34,727 nt of DNA from a virus (Duplodnaviria > Heunggongvirae > Uroviricota > Caudoviricetes): IMG/VR virus record IMGVR_UViG_2585427750_000024. One strand, written 5' to 3'. The notes under the pieces were generated by a model, which was not told the DNA's origin, made no database searches, and saw only the letters and a list, made by a program, of their open reading frames with translations. Below are positions 17,151 to 26,911 of the stretch, piece by piece (position 1 is the first letter of the stretch; every line of letters begins with the position of its first letter). Position numbers and translations under genes: made by a program.

Positions 17151-17539
17151 GCAACACATTTAAATTCAGCAGCCGAAGCGAAAAGAATTTGCAGGGTGTA
17201 AATCCTGATCTGGTGAAAGTGACCCGACGGGCGCTGGAAATCTCGGAAGTGGATTTTGGTATCACCGAAGGATTGCGCAGTCGTTATCGTCAGAAGCAGC
17301 TCGTGACCACAGGCAAGAGCCAGACCATGAACAGTCGCCATCTCAAAGGGCATGCCGTGGATGTTGTGGCTTATGTTGGCAGCCAGGTGTCATGGGAATG
17401 GCCGCTGTACGAAAAAATCGCAGCAGCATTCAGACAGGCCAGCCGGGAACTGAATATTCCGGTGGAATGGGGCGGCGACTGGAAGACCCTGAAAGACGGA
17501 CCGCATTTTCAGTTACCACACGGAGCCTATCCGGCATGA
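17147..17539 (+). CDS. Endolysin, peptidase M15-type (L-Ala-D-Glu/D-Ala-D-Ala metallopeptidase family)
   Basis: 130 aa; SRHLKGHAVDV and EWGGDW motifs typical of Zn-dependent M15/VanY-like peptidases; between holin and spanins. Confidence 0.7.
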   Translation: MSNTFKFSSRSEKNLQGVNPDLVKVTRRALEISEVDFGITEGLRSRYRQKQLVTTGKSQTMNSRHLKGHAVDVVAYVGSQVSWEWPLYEKIAAAFRQASRELNIPVEWGGDWKTLKDGPHFQLPHGAYPA

Positions 17540-17943
17540 AGCTCTGGCCCACGCTTGGCGTCGCTTTCCTTCTGATTGCCGCATGGGGAACATCCATGCG
17601 TCTGTCGTGGTCGCTGGGCCGGGAGAACGCCAGAAACGAAGCGCAGGCCAGCACCCTGAAAAGTACCGTCGACACACTGAATATCATCAGCGCCGGGGTA
17701 CAGGATATGCAGCAGGTGCTGGCTCAACTCCGCGCGGACAATCAGCAACGCAATCAGGACGGAGAGGTAAGACGTGAACAGCTACGCAACGATATTGCAA
17801 AAGATGAATGCGCCCACGCTTTGCCTGACGCTCGTTTTACTGACAGGTTGCGCAGGCACGCAGAACGCGCCACGGCCAGCGCCGTCAGTCCGGCTTATAC
17901 CGCAGACGCTGACCATGCCGGTAACGCCTCCCCCCTTCCCTGA
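17536..17943 (+). CDS. i-spanin (Rz/LysB-like)
   Basis: ATG 17536 overlaps the endolysin stop; N-terminal TM (MKLWPTLGVAFLLIAAWG) then charged coiled-coil-like region; o-spanin embedded in +1 frame. Confidence 0.6.
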   Translation: MKLWPTLGVAFLLIAAWGTSMRLSWSLGRENARNEAQASTLKSTVDTLNIISAGVQDMQQVLAQLRADNQQRNQDGEVRREQLRNDIAKDECAHALPDARFTDRLRRHAERATASAVSPAYTADADHAGNASPLP

Positions 17944-18085
17944 CCAACCCACATGGGGAAACCTCGGAATATGGGGCGACCGCCTTCTGGATGCACTGGA
18001 AACCTGTAACGCGGATAAACGGGCCATTGCTGAACTGGATAAGAGAATAGCCGAACTGACACACCAGACGGGAGTAACACAATGA
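17804..18085 (+). CDS. o-spanin lipoprotein (Rz1/LysC-like), embedded/overlapping the i-spanin
   Basis: Lipobox LVLLTGCAG, Pro-rich mature region; track start GTG 17774, ATG 17804 more likely. Confidence 0.55.
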   Translation: MNAPTLCLTLVLLTGCAGTQNAPRPAPSVRLIPQTLTMPVTPPPFPDQPTWGNLGIWGDRLLDALETCNADKRAIAELDKRIAELTHQTGVTQ

Positions 18086-19959
18086 CCAGTAAGAACTTTG
18101 CACTGATTACAGCCATGACACAGGCTGAACTGACTCAAAAGGTGAATGAACATCTTGCGAAAGGGTGGCATCTTCAGGGGGAGACGCGGGTTGCCTACGA
18201 ACCCGGCACCCCGTGGTATCTAATGCAGGCAATGGTGGCCGATGGCACTACAGACATCTCACCTGATTCCCCCCAGCACGGCAGCGTGCCGGAGTGGTAT
18301 TACGTGGTGGTACTTGCTGGTCAATCCAATGCCATGTCATATGGTGAGGGAATGCCGCTGCCGGATTCTTACGATGCGCCCCACCCACGCATTAAGCAAC
18401 TGGCCCGTCGCAACACAGTGACTCCCGGTGGTAAAGCATGCGCATTTAACGACATCATTCCGGCAGATCACTGCCTGCATGATGTTCAGGATATGAGCGC
18501 ACTGAATCACCCGAATGCAGACCTGAGCAAAGGGCAGTATGGCTGTGTCGGACAGGGCTTGCATATTGCCAAACGCCTGTTGCCTTACATTCCACAGAAT
18601 GCCGGGATTTTACTGGTTCCATGCTGTCGTGGTGGTTCGGCATTCACCCAGGGCGCGGAGGGGACATTCAGCGAGTCCACAGGAGCCAGTCAGGATTCGG
18701 CTCGCTGGGGGGTGGGTAAACCTTTATATCAGGACCTGATTTTGCGCACGAAGGCCGCATTGCAGAAAAACCCAAAAAACATGCTGCTGGCCGTATGCTG
18801 GATGCAGGGCGAATTTGACATGAGCGCCGCTACGTACTCACAGCAACCTCCGCTGTTTGCGGCCATGCTGAAACAGTTTCGTGCGGACATTACCGAGTTT
18901 AACACGCAGTGTCATGGAGGCAGAGCGGCAAGTGTGCCATGGATTTGTGGTGACACGACGTATTACTGGAAAAACACCTACGGCACGCAGTACGACACCA
19001 TTTACGGGGCGTACAAAAACAGGGAGAGCGACAACGTTTTCTTTGTGCCATTCCTGACCGATGGTAGTGGCAACAATACCTCCACCAACGCACCAACGGA
19101 AGATCCGGATGCTGCAAGTGAGGGATATTACGGTTCGGCATCCCGAACGAACAAAAACTGGGTATCATCAAATCGCCAGACGCATTTCAGTTCATGGGCG
19201 CGCAGGAGCATTATTCCGGATCGTATGGCAACCGCTATTCTGAACGTAGCCGGTCGCACCTTAGCCTTCATCAGTGGTAAGGCACCGGAAATCAAACCCT
19301 CGCCCGGCGGCAACACGCCATCGGGTCCGTCTGCAGATACGTCCGTTCGCACAATCTCCCTGCTGCCGGCAGCCGGAGAGGCTGCTGCGCAGGGCTGGAG
19401 CATTAAGGATGGCGGAATTCAGTTGTCAGATGGTGTATTTAAGATCACCAAGCAGAGCAATAAAACCTGGTCCCTGACGCATCCGGTGGATGACGCAATT
19501 ACCCTGCTGACACAGGGCGGCAGACTGACCTGTAAGTTCCGCCTGTCAGGCGCACTGACCAACAATCAGTTCGGGCTGGGGATTTATCTGTATACGGATG
19601 CTCCCGTTCCTGATGGTGTGGCGATGACGGGTACCGGTAATCCGTTCCTGATGTCGTACTTCACTCAGACCACTGACGGCAGAGTGAATCTGATGCATCA
19701 CAGGAAAGCCGGAAACACGAAGCTGGGGGAGTTCGGCGATTACGGTAACGACTGGCAGACGCTGGAGCTGGTGTTCACCGCCAGCAGTGCCACGGTTACT
19801 CCGAAACTGAATGGAGTGGCTGGCCCGGCATTCCAGGTCATAAAAGACAGTCTGACACTGGGGCTGAATGCACTGACGCTGACGGATATTACCAAAAATG
19901 CAACGTATGGCGTTGAGATAGAAAGTCTGGTGCTGGAAATAAATAGTCCTGCAGCGTAA
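18082..19959 (+). CDS. Prophage NanS-p-like sialate O-acetylesterase (DUF1737 N-domain + SASA/SGNH esterase domain)
   Basis: 625 aa; N-terminal MTSKNFALITAMTQAELTQKVNEHLAKGWHLQGE (DUF1737-like) then VVVLAGQSNAMSYGEG (GQSN motif); start overlaps o-spanin stop; no counterpart in P2. Confidence 0.65.
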   Translation: MTSKNFALITAMTQAELTQKVNEHLAKGWHLQGETRVAYEPGTPWYLMQAMVADGTTDISPDSPQHGSVPEWYYVVVLAGQSNAMSYGEGMPLPDSYDAPHPRIKQLARRNTVTPGGKACAFNDIIPADHCLHDVQDMSALNHPNADLSKGQYGCVGQGLHIAKRLLPYIPQNAGILLVPCCRGGSAFTQGAEGTFSESTGASQDSARWGVGKPLYQDLILRTKAALQKNPKNMLLAVCWMQGEFDMSAATYSQQPPLFAAMLKQFRADITEFNTQCHGGRAASVPWICGDTTYYWKNTYGTQYDTIYGAYKNRESDNVFFVPFLTDGSGNNTSTNAPTEDPDAASEGYYGSASRTNKNWVSSNRQTHFSSWARRSIIPDRMATAILNVAGRTLAFISGKAPEIKPSPGGNTPSGPSADTSVRTISLLPAAGEAAAQGWSIKDGGIQLSDGVFKITKQSNKTWSLTHPVDDAITLLTQGGRLTCKFRLSGALTNNQFGLGIYLYTDAPVPDGVAMTGTGNPFLMSYFTQTTDGRVNLMHHRKAGNTKLGEFGDYGNDWQTLELVFTASSATVTPKLNGVAGPAFQVIKDSLTLGLNALTLTDITKNATYGVEIESLVLEINSPAA

Positions 19960-19982
19960 GGAAGAACAGGAGAGCAAAACAG

Positions 19983-20450
19983 ATGCTTAAGACAAACAGC
20001 CTCCGGAAGGGCATGATTCATGGGTGTCGCTGGTGTCAGGCCAACCCGGAAAAATTCACCATTTTCGTGGAGAGCGGCAACATTGAAACGACCGGAGAAA
20101 CGCCCTCGTTTGTTTACCGCTATCAGATGGTGATGTTTGTCATGGATTACGCCGGGGAGCTGGACGACCTCACGCTGCCGCTACTGGCGTGGTTATCCGA
20201 AAATCAGCCGCAATTGTTGCTTAATCCGGAGCGTAATCAGGACATCAAATTCTCCGCCGTTATCAATGACGATGACAGCGCCGATCTCCTGTTTACGCTC
20301 CCTCTGCGGGAACGCGTTCGCATCACGCGCAGCAGTCAGGGGGCACCGCAGGCAGAACACCTGCAGGAGCCAAAACCCCGTCTGCCATCTTCCGAAGGCG
20401 ACTGGTCGCATGTATTCCAGGATGTGACGTGGGGTGAAAGCGATGGATAA
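19983..20450 (+). CDS. R: Tail completion protein, P2 gpR-like
   Basis: 155 aa; position before S and V; size as P2 R. Confidence 0.75.
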   Translation: MLKTNSLRKGMIHGCRWCQANPEKFTIFVESGNIETTGETPSFVYRYQMVMFVMDYAGELDDLTLPLLAWLSENQPQLLLNPERNQDIKFSAVINDDDSADLLFTLPLRERVRITRSSQGAPQAEHLQEPKPRLPSSEGDWSHVFQDVTWGESDG

Positions 20451-21078
20451 GGCATTCACCCGCGTGGATGAAACCTTTGAGGCTATCCGCGACAGCCTGA
20501 ATCAGCAGGCCATCAATAACATCGCCAGAAAGCTGGCACAGGATTTACGCCGCGCCCAGCAGGCGCGTATCCGGTCACAGAAAGCGCCGGACGGGACCGC
20601 GTGGACACCACGCAGACGCCGCGCAACCCGGATACAGGAGCGCATTCGCTTTATCTGGAATAACGAAGCACGCACGCTGAAAAACTGGCATCACGACACG
20701 GGGAAATACGGGCGAACCATTACCGGGTGGGATGAGGATAAAAACAATATCCGCACGTTTTACCGGGATGACATCGACCGCTTTCTGGAAATACGCACCC
20801 GGCGCATCAACCAGGACAGCACAAAGCGCGTCCCCATGTTCGTAAAACTGCGCACCGCCCGCTACCTGAAAGCCCGTGCAGATGCTTCCGGTGTGACGGT
20901 GGGTTACAGCGGCGTGGCCGCACGTATTGCCCGCGTTCATCAGTTCGGTGAGCGCGATCAGGTTGCGCCGGGCATTTTCACCGATTACCCGGTACGTGAG
21001 CTGTTGGGCATCAGTCAGGCAGATGAACGCCTGATTTATAACACGGTGCTGGGCCGGATTGCGGAGGCTGTACGGTGA
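20434..21078 (+). CDS. S: Tail completion / virion morphogenesis protein, P2 gpS-like with internal insertion
   Basis: 214 aa; ARIRSQKAPDGTAWTPRRR, MFVKLRTARYLKA, AARIARVHQFGERD, YPVRELLGISQADERLI match recalled P2 S; ~65 aa extra in the middle. Confidence 0.7.
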   Translation: MKAMDKAFTRVDETFEAIRDSLNQQAINNIARKLAQDLRRAQQARIRSQKAPDGTAWTPRRRRATRIQERIRFIWNNEARTLKNWHHDTGKYGRTITGWDEDKNNIRTFYRDDIDRFLEIRTRRINQDSTKRVPMFVKLRTARYLKARADASGVTVGYSGVAARIARVHQFGERDQVAPGIFTDYPVRELLGISQADERLIYNTVLGRIAEAVR

Positions 21079-21656
21079 GCGCAGAACTCATGCGACTGCT
21101 GAGCAACATCATCCGCACTGGGATCATCTCTGAAGTTGATGAGAAGTCCTGGTGCGTGCGCGTTCGCAGCGGCGAACTGGAAACAGGCTGGTTGCGCTGG
21201 AACACCACGCGCGCGGGAGCCTTCAATGTGTGGCTGCCGCCATCACCCGGCGAACAGGTGGTAATTGCCTGCATTGGCGGCAACCCGGAAACCGCCATGA
21301 TAATTGGCAGCCTGTGGAGTGATGCCAATCCGGCCCCCGGCAAAAGCCTGAAAGAAATCGTGGTCAGCGCGCCGGATGGCGCGGTGTTCCGCTACGACGC
21401 GGACGCAGGCGCACTGAGCGCCAGCGGCATGAAAACGGCCACCCTGCAGGCATCCGTCAGTGTGACACTGGACACGCCCGTCGTGGAATGCACAGACCTT
21501 CTGAGAACGGCGACGCTTGACGTCACAAAAGGGGGAAAGATGAGCGGCAATATCACGCACAGCGGCGGCAATTTCACCTCAAACGGCATCACAGTGCATA
21601 CGCATAAACACGGTGGCGTTAAAGGTGGCAGCGATTCGACAGGAGGCCCGCAGTGA
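21075..21656 (+). CDS. V: Baseplate central spike protein, P2 gpV-like
   Basis: 193 aa (GTG start); LDTPVVECTDLL, TKGGKMSGNITHSGGNFTSNGITVHTHKHGG match recalled P2 V. Confidence 0.85.
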   Translation: MSAELMRLLSNIIRTGIISEVDEKSWCVRVRSGELETGWLRWNTTRAGAFNVWLPPSPGEQVVIACIGGNPETAMIIGSLWSDANPAPGKSLKEIVVSAPDGAVFRYDADAGALSASGMKTATLQASVSVTLDTPVVECTDLLRTATLDVTKGGKMSGNITHSGGNFTSNGITVHTHKHGGVKGGSDSTGGPQ

Positions 21657-22003
21657 CAACCCGCTACACAGGAATGAACCCGGACGGAACGGGAAACCTG
21701 AACGATATGGAGCATCTGAAACAGTCAGTCAGGGACATCCTGACCACCCCGCTGGCAAGCCGGGTTATGCGACGGGAATATGGCAGCCTTGTGCCCGATT
21801 TAATTGACGAACCCATGAATAACACCACTCGTCTGCAATGCATGAGTGCTGCCGTGATTGCGCTGACACGATGGGAACCCCGCATTGCCCTGGACGCCAT
21901 CGACGTTGTCTGGAAGGCAGGAGGCCGCGCCGGGGTGACGCTGTCGGGCACTGTCATGCAGACCATGCAGAATGTTGAATTAACCATCACGCTGAGGGAG
22001 TAA
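21653..22003 (+). CDS. W: Baseplate wedge protein, P2 gpW-like (gp25/lysozyme-like fold family)
   Basis: 116 aa; position and size; GMNPDGTGNLNDMEHLKQSVRDILTTPLASRVMRREYGS typical. Confidence 0.8.
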   Translation: MTTRYTGMNPDGTGNLNDMEHLKQSVRDILTTPLASRVMRREYGSLVPDLIDEPMNNTTRLQCMSAAVIALTRWEPRIALDAIDVVWKAGGRAGVTLSGTVMQTMQNVELTITLRE

Positions 22004-22006
22004 ATC

Positions 22007-22903
22007 ATGCCTGCCGTTGACCTTTCCCAGTTACCGGAACCCGCCATCATCGCGGAGCCTGACTTTGAGGCAATTCTGGCTGACACAAAGGCCATGATGA
22101 TTGCGTCCTATCCTGCCGAACAGCGTGAAGCCGTCTCCGCCGCGCTGGAGCTGGAATCGGAACCCCTGAACGTTATCGCCCAGACAACAGCGTTTCGTGA
22201 AATGCTGTTACGCCAGCGGGTCAATGAGGGGGCACGCGCCTGCATGTTAAGCCACAGCGCCGGGACAGACCTGGACAACCTCGCGGGCAATATGAACACA
22301 AAGCGCCTGACCATCACTCCGGCAACGGATACCACCGACGCAGTGATGGAAAGTGACACCTCGCTGAGACTGCGGGCGCAGCGGGCGTACGATGGCCTGA
22401 GTGTTGCTGGCCCGTCAGGTGCATACGAGTATTTTGCCCGCAGCGCCAGCGGTCTGGTGCGTGATGCGCGGGCTATCAGTCCGTCTCCGGCAAATGTGAC
22501 GGTTTCCATCCTGTCCACTGAAGGCGACGGCACAGCAACGGAGGCGTTGCTTAATACCGTTCGCGCCGTTCTGAATGCAGAGGATACCCGCCCGGTGGCC
22601 GACCGCCTGACGGTACAGAGCGCCAGAATCGTGACATGGCGGCTGAATGCAAAACTGTACTTTTACCCCGGCCCGGAATCCGAACCTATTCTGGCGGCGG
22701 CTGAATCGTCGTTCAGGAAGTGGCTGGCTGAGCAGGGGCTTATCGGTCAGGACGTGGCGTTGTCCGCCATTGCTGCCGCACTGCATGTGCACGGTGTGCA
22801 ACGCGTGGAGATAATCGAACCCACACAGAATATGGCCATCAGCGACATACAGGCGGCGCGCTGTGAGTCGTTCACCATCAGCGAAGGTGGGCGCAATGAG
22901 TAA
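22007..22903 (+). CDS. J: Baseplate assembly protein, P2 gpJ-like
   Basis: 298 aa; position between W and I. Confidence 0.85.
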   Translation: MPAVDLSQLPEPAIIAEPDFEAILADTKAMMIASYPAEQREAVSAALELESEPLNVIAQTTAFREMLLRQRVNEGARACMLSHSAGTDLDNLAGNMNTKRLTITPATDTTDAVMESDTSLRLRAQRAYDGLSVAGPSGAYEYFARSASGLVRDARAISPSPANVTVSILSTEGDGTATEALLNTVRAVLNAEDTRPVADRLTVQSARIVTWRLNAKLYFYPGPESEPILAAAESSFRKWLAEQGLIGQDVALSAIAAALHVHGVQRVEIIEPTQNMAISDIQAARCESFTISEGGRNE

Positions 22904-23426
22904 TTCACTGTTACCACCATCAGCCAGCAGTTTCATGCGTTGTGCCGAAGCTGTCGGAACGCGCATTACAGACATCCCGGTAGACCTCAACACGCTGTGG
23001 TCGCCGGACACCTGCCCGGTGCACCTGCTGCCTTATCTCGCCTGGGCATTTTCCGTTGACCGCTGGGATCGCAACTGGCCGGAAGAGACAAAACGACAGG
23101 TGATTCGTGATGCATGGCTGATACACCGACACAAAGGGACCATCAGCGCACTGCGCAGGGCCATTGAGCCGCTGGGATACCTCATTCGCGTGTCTGAGTG
23201 GTGGGAGTTCGGCGGAGAACCGGGAACATTTACCGTTGAAGTCGGCACACTGGACAGTGGCGTGACGGAGGAAATGTATCTGGAAATGGAGCGGTTGATT
23301 GCTGATGCCCGTCCGGTCAGCCGCCACATGACAGGGCTGAATATCATTCAGGAAATTCCGGGGGATATTTTTGCAGCGGCGGCAACTCATGACGGTGAAG
23401 TTATTACCATTTATCCGGACGATTAA
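22896..23426 (+). CDS. I: Tail protein, P2 gpI-like
   Basis: ATG 22896 overlaps the J stop (ATGAGTAA); track gives 22863 in the same frame; size ~176 aa like P2 I. Confidence 0.75.
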   Translation: MSNSLLPPSASSFMRCAEAVGTRITDIPVDLNTLWSPDTCPVHLLPYLAWAFSVDRWDRNWPEETKRQVIRDAWLIHRHKGTISALRRAIEPLGYLIRVSEWWEFGGEPGTFTVEVGTLDSGVTEEMYLEMERLIADARPVSRHMTGLNIIQEIPGDIFAAAATHDGEVITIYPDD

Positions 23427-23428
23427 GC

Positions 23429-25561
23429 ATGAGTACCACAACACGAAAATTTAAAACCGTTATCACCGATACAGGTGCCAAAAAATTAGCTCAGGCAGCC
23501 GCGCCAGATGGTAAGCCTGTCCGCCTGACTCATATGGCCGTGGGCGACGGTGGCGGCGCGTTGCCCACACCAGACAGTAAGCAGACCCGTCTGGTGCATG
23601 AGGTGTGGCGACACACTGTTAATCGCGTCATCCTGGACGCAACACATCAGAACCGCATTATTGCGGAGCTGGTTATTCCTCCAGAAACGGGCGGATTCTG
23701 GATCCGGGAAATTGGTGTGTTTGATGAGCACGGCGATTTAATCGCGGTGGGCAATACTGCCGAAAGTTACAAGCCAGCCGTTGCCGAAGGGTCCGGACGT
23801 GCACAAACATTTCGCACCATTCTGACCGTATCCAGCACTGCCACTGTGGCGCTTACCGTGGATAACACCATGGTGATGGCCACAGTGGATTACGTGGATA
23901 ACAAACTGAAAGAGCATGAACAGTCACGATGTCACCCGGATGCCTCGCTGACCGCAAAAGGCTTTGTTCAACTCAGTAGCGCCACTAACAGCGATTCTGA
24001 AACGCTGGCTGCAACGCCGAAAGCGGTTAAGGTCGCGTATGATCTTGCTAACGGAAAATATACAGCGCAGGATGCCACAACAGCGCGAAAAGGCCTTGTC
24101 CAGCTTAGTAGTGCAACCAACAGTACATCTGAAACGCTGGCGGCAACATCAAATGCAGTAAAAGCTGCCTATGACAATGCTGAAAAACGTCTGCAGAAAG
24201 CTAAGAATGGTGAGGATATCTCTGATAAAGACACCTTTACGAAAAATATCGGTGCCTGCCGTGCATATAGTGCAGAGCTGAATATTGGTGGAGATAGTGA
24301 AGCATGGACAACTGCGCAGTTGATTTTTTGGCTAGAGAGTCAGGGGGCATTTAACCATCCTTACTGGATGTGCAAAGGCTCATGGGCTTATGCAAATAAT
24401 AAGGTCATTACAGATACAGGTTGCGGAAGTATTTGTCTTGCAGGTGCTGTTGTGGAAGTTATTGGCACCCGCGGCGCAATGACCATACGCATTACCACAC
24501 CGAGTACATCCAGCGGTGAAGGCATCCCTAATGCTCAATTTACTTATATTAATCATGGTGATGCTTATGCTCCTGGCTGGCGAAGGGACTATAACTCCAG
24601 GAATAAGCCAACAGCATCAGAGATCGGGGCGTTACCGTCAGATGGGACAGCAGTATCGTCAGTTAATCTGGCTTCAAAAGGTCGGCTGACCGCCCTGACA
24701 GATAATATGCAGGGGGCCACAGGTCTGGAGTTATACGAGGCGTATAACAACGGATATCCAACAACGTATGGAAATATCATTCACCTGAAAGGGATGACAG
24801 CCGTTGGCGAAGGCGAATTACTCATCGGCTGGAGGGGTATAAGCGGTGCTCATGCTCCGGCATTTATTCGTTCACGACGGGATACGCCCGACGCAAACTG
24901 GTCGCCGTGGGCGCAGCTTTACACCTCGGCTCATCCTCCTGAAGAGTTTTATCCAGTCGGTGCACCGATTCCGTGGCCATCAGATACCGTTCCGTCTGGT
25001 TATGCCCTGATGCAGGGGCAGACTTTTGACAAATCTGCATACCCGAAACTTGCAGTCGCTTATCCGTCAGGCGTTATTCCTGATATGCGTGGCTGGACGA
25101 TTAAGGGCAAGCCCGGCAGTGGTCGTGCCGTATTGTCTCAGGAACAGGACGGCATTAAATCGCACACCCACAGCGCCAGCGCATCCAGTACGGATTTGGG
25201 GACGAAAACCACATCGTCGTTTGATTACGGTACTAAAACGACCAGTTCATTTGATTACGGCACAAAAACTACGAATAGCGCTGGAAATCATTCACACAAT
25301 ATACCTGTTGGTCACACTGGCGCGGGGAATGGTGTATCAGCCGGTTATAACGCTGCGTTAGGTACTGGTACCACGTCGAGCGCAGGCGAGCATGCTCACA
25401 ATGTATATATCGGTGCCCATAACCACACTATCGGCATTGGTGCTCATGCCCATTCTGTCATTATTGGTCCCCACGGACACACCATCACCGTTAACGCTAC
25501 GGGTAACGAAGAAAACACCGTAAAAAACATCGCATTTAACTATATTGTGAGGCTTGCATAA
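23429..25561 (+). CDS. H: Tail fibre protein, P2 gpH-like
   Basis: 710 aa; conserved N-terminus ([37 protein letters not shown]...[40 protein letters not shown]) matches recalled P2 H; divergent C-terminus with peptide repeats and His-x-His boxes. Confidence 0.85.
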   Translation: MSTTTRKFKTVITDTGAKKLAQAAAPDGKPVRLTHMAVGDGGGALPTPDSKQTRLVHEVWRHTVNRVILDATHQNRIIAELVIPPETGGFWIREIGVFDEHGDLIAVGNTAESYKPAVAEGSGRAQTFRTILTVSSTATVALTVDNTMVMATVDYVDNKLKEHEQSRCHPDASLTAKGFVQLSSATNSDSETLAATPKAVKVAYDLANGKYTAQDATTARKGLVQLSSATNSTSETLAATSNAVKAAYDNAEKRLQKAKNGEDISDKDTFTKNIGACRAYSAELNIGGDSEAWTTAQLIFWLESQGAFNHPYWMCKGSWAYANNKVITDTGCGSICLAGAVVEVIGTRGAMTIRITTPSTSSGEGIPNAQFTYINHGDAYAPGWRRDYNSRNKPTASEIGALPSDGTAVSSVNLASKGRLTALTDNMQGATGLELYEAYNNGYPTTYGNIIHLKGMTAVGEGELLIGWRGISGAHAPAFIRSRRDTPDANWSPWAQLYTSAHPPEEFYPVGAPIPWPSDTVPSGYALMQGQTFDKSAYPKLAVAYPSGVIPDMRGWTIKGKPGSGRAVLSQEQDGIKSHTHSASASSTDLGTKTTSSFDYGTKTTSSFDYGTKTTNSAGNHSHNIPVGHTGAGNGVSAGYNAALGTGTTSSAGEHAHNVYIGAHNHTIGIGAHAHSVIIGPHGHTITVNATGNEENTVKNIAFNYIVRLA
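25199..25273 (+). repeat. Tandem 30-bp (10-aa [10 protein letters not shown]) repeat, ~2.5 copies, inside H
   Basis: Read directly; copies differ mainly at synonymous positions. Confidence 0.6.
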
Positions 25562-26139
25562 TGACATTCAGAATGAGTGAACACTCACGGACCATAAAAA
25601 TTTATAATCTACTGACCGGAACCAATGAGTTTATTGGTGAAGGTGATGCATACATTCCACCTCATACAGGTCTGCCTGCAAACAGTACCGATATTGCCCC
25701 GCCAGATATTCCGGCTGGCTTCGTGGCCGTTTTCAACAGTGATGAGGCATCGTGGCATCTCGTTGAAGACCATCGGGGTAAAACGGTTTATGACGTGGCA
25801 TCAGGGGACTCGTTATTTATTTCTGAACTCGGTCCATTACCGGAAAATGTTACCTGGTTGTCGCCGTATGGAGAGTATCAGAAGTGGAACGGCACATCCT
25901 GGGTGAAAGATGCAGAAGCAGAAAAACTGTTTCGGATAAGGGAGGCGGAAGAAACAAAAAACAGCCTGATGCAGGTAGCCAGCGAGCATATTGCGCCACT
26001 TCAGGATGCCGTAGATTTGGATATTGCAACGGAGGAAGAGGCATCGTTACTGGCTGCATGGAAGACATACCGGGTATTGTTGAATCGTGTTAATACAGCG
26101 GTAGCAGCGGATGTTGAGTGGCCAGTCGCCCCACAATAA
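25561..26139 (+). CDS. G: Tail fibre assembly chaperone, P2 gpG-like
   Basis: 192 aa; C-terminus ...[23 protein letters not shown] resembles the recalled P2 G end; start overlaps H stop (ATAATGA). Confidence 0.75.
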   Translation: MTFRMSEHSRTIKIYNLLTGTNEFIGEGDAYIPPHTGLPANSTDIAPPDIPAGFVAVFNSDEASWHLVEDHRGKTVYDVASGDSLFISELGPLPENVTWLSPYGEYQKWNGTSWVKDAEAEKLFRIREAEETKNSLMQVASEHIAPLQDAVDLDIATEEEASLLAAWKTYRVLLNRVNTAVAADVEWPVAPQ

Positions 26140-26145
26140 AGAGAA

Positions 26146-26175
26146 AAAGCCATCGATTGAAATATAGATGGCTTT
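26146..26175 (-). terminator. Hairpin AAAGCCATC-N12-GATGGCTTT between convergent G and acetyltransferase genes; intrinsic terminator on minus strand
   Basis: 9-bp perfect inverted repeat; on the minus strand the stem is followed by TTTTTCTC. Confidence 0.45.
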
Positions 26176-26182
26176 ATGTACT

Positions 26183-26788
26183 CTATTTATACAATACAAC
26201 ACCGCTCTTTTTAGTTATATATGTGCAGTTCGATGGTATATCTTTATTTATAAAAGACATTGCACCTATTTTTACATTATCCCCAATTTTACGTGATAAT
26301 CCAATGATGCAACAATTAGCTCCGATATCAACGTTACTACCAATTTTTACTCTTGAACCAGGCATGTCACCATCTATCTGTCCAATGGTAGTATTCTGTC
26401 GTAACACCAGATTTTCACCAGCATCAACAGCAAAATGAACAACAATTCCAGCATGATGGGGAATTGTTAACCCTTTTCCAATATTTGCGCCCAATCCAAT
26501 TTCACAACCAAATTTGTTAATTATTTTACTGTTTAACTTTTTGGCTGCTTTCTTATGTAATTTATTACCATTAATATACATTTCGTTAGCCAACCGCCAC
26601 CAGAAAAGGAAATTCCGGTTACGCTGTTTTTTCTCTCTTAAAAGCCTCCAGATATCCATACGTTTCCGCCGAATTACTTCATATTTCCAGAAGTTTTTTA
26701 AATTAGTAGAGTCCCCAAATAAAACAAAGTGAATTGCCATTAAGTAAGACAGCACGATAATCTCCTTAATTATTATTTCAGACCACAC
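26183..26788 (-). CDS. Hexapeptide-repeat acetyltransferase (serine-acetyltransferase/WcaB-like left-handed beta-helix), moron
   Basis: 201 aa (GTG start; ATG alternative at 26740); repeated [LIV]-G-x4 hexapeptides (GCEIGLGANIGKGLTIPHHAGIVV, IGSNVDIGANCCIIG, IGDNVKIGAMSFI); AT-rich island 26140-26911 at the P2 Z/fun position. Confidence 0.7.
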   Translation of the reverse strand: MWSEIIIKEIIVLSYLMAIHFVLFGDSTNLKNFWKYEVIRRKRMDIWRLLREKKQRNRNFLFWWRLANEMYINGNKLHKKAAKKLNSKIINKFGCEIGLGANIGKGLTIPHHAGIVVHFAVDAGENLVLRQNTTIGQIDGDMPGSRVKIGSNVDIGANCCIIGLSRKIGDNVKIGAMSFINKDIPSNCTYITKKSGVVLYK

Positions 26789-26911
26789 ATATTATAAGGT
26801 TAAGAGATTATAAAATCCTGTTGTTTGTTATTCAAAAACAATTTTCTGAGAAGGACATACAACAGCAAGTCGCCAGTCACCTTCATCAGGAAATTGGCGA
26901 CATACGTTAAA

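Noticed and set aside
17392-17943. 183-aa ORF start at 17392 for the i-spanin
   Set aside because: Upstream part lies inside the endolysin gene; ATG 17536 overlapping the endolysin stop with an N-terminal TM helix is the likely start.
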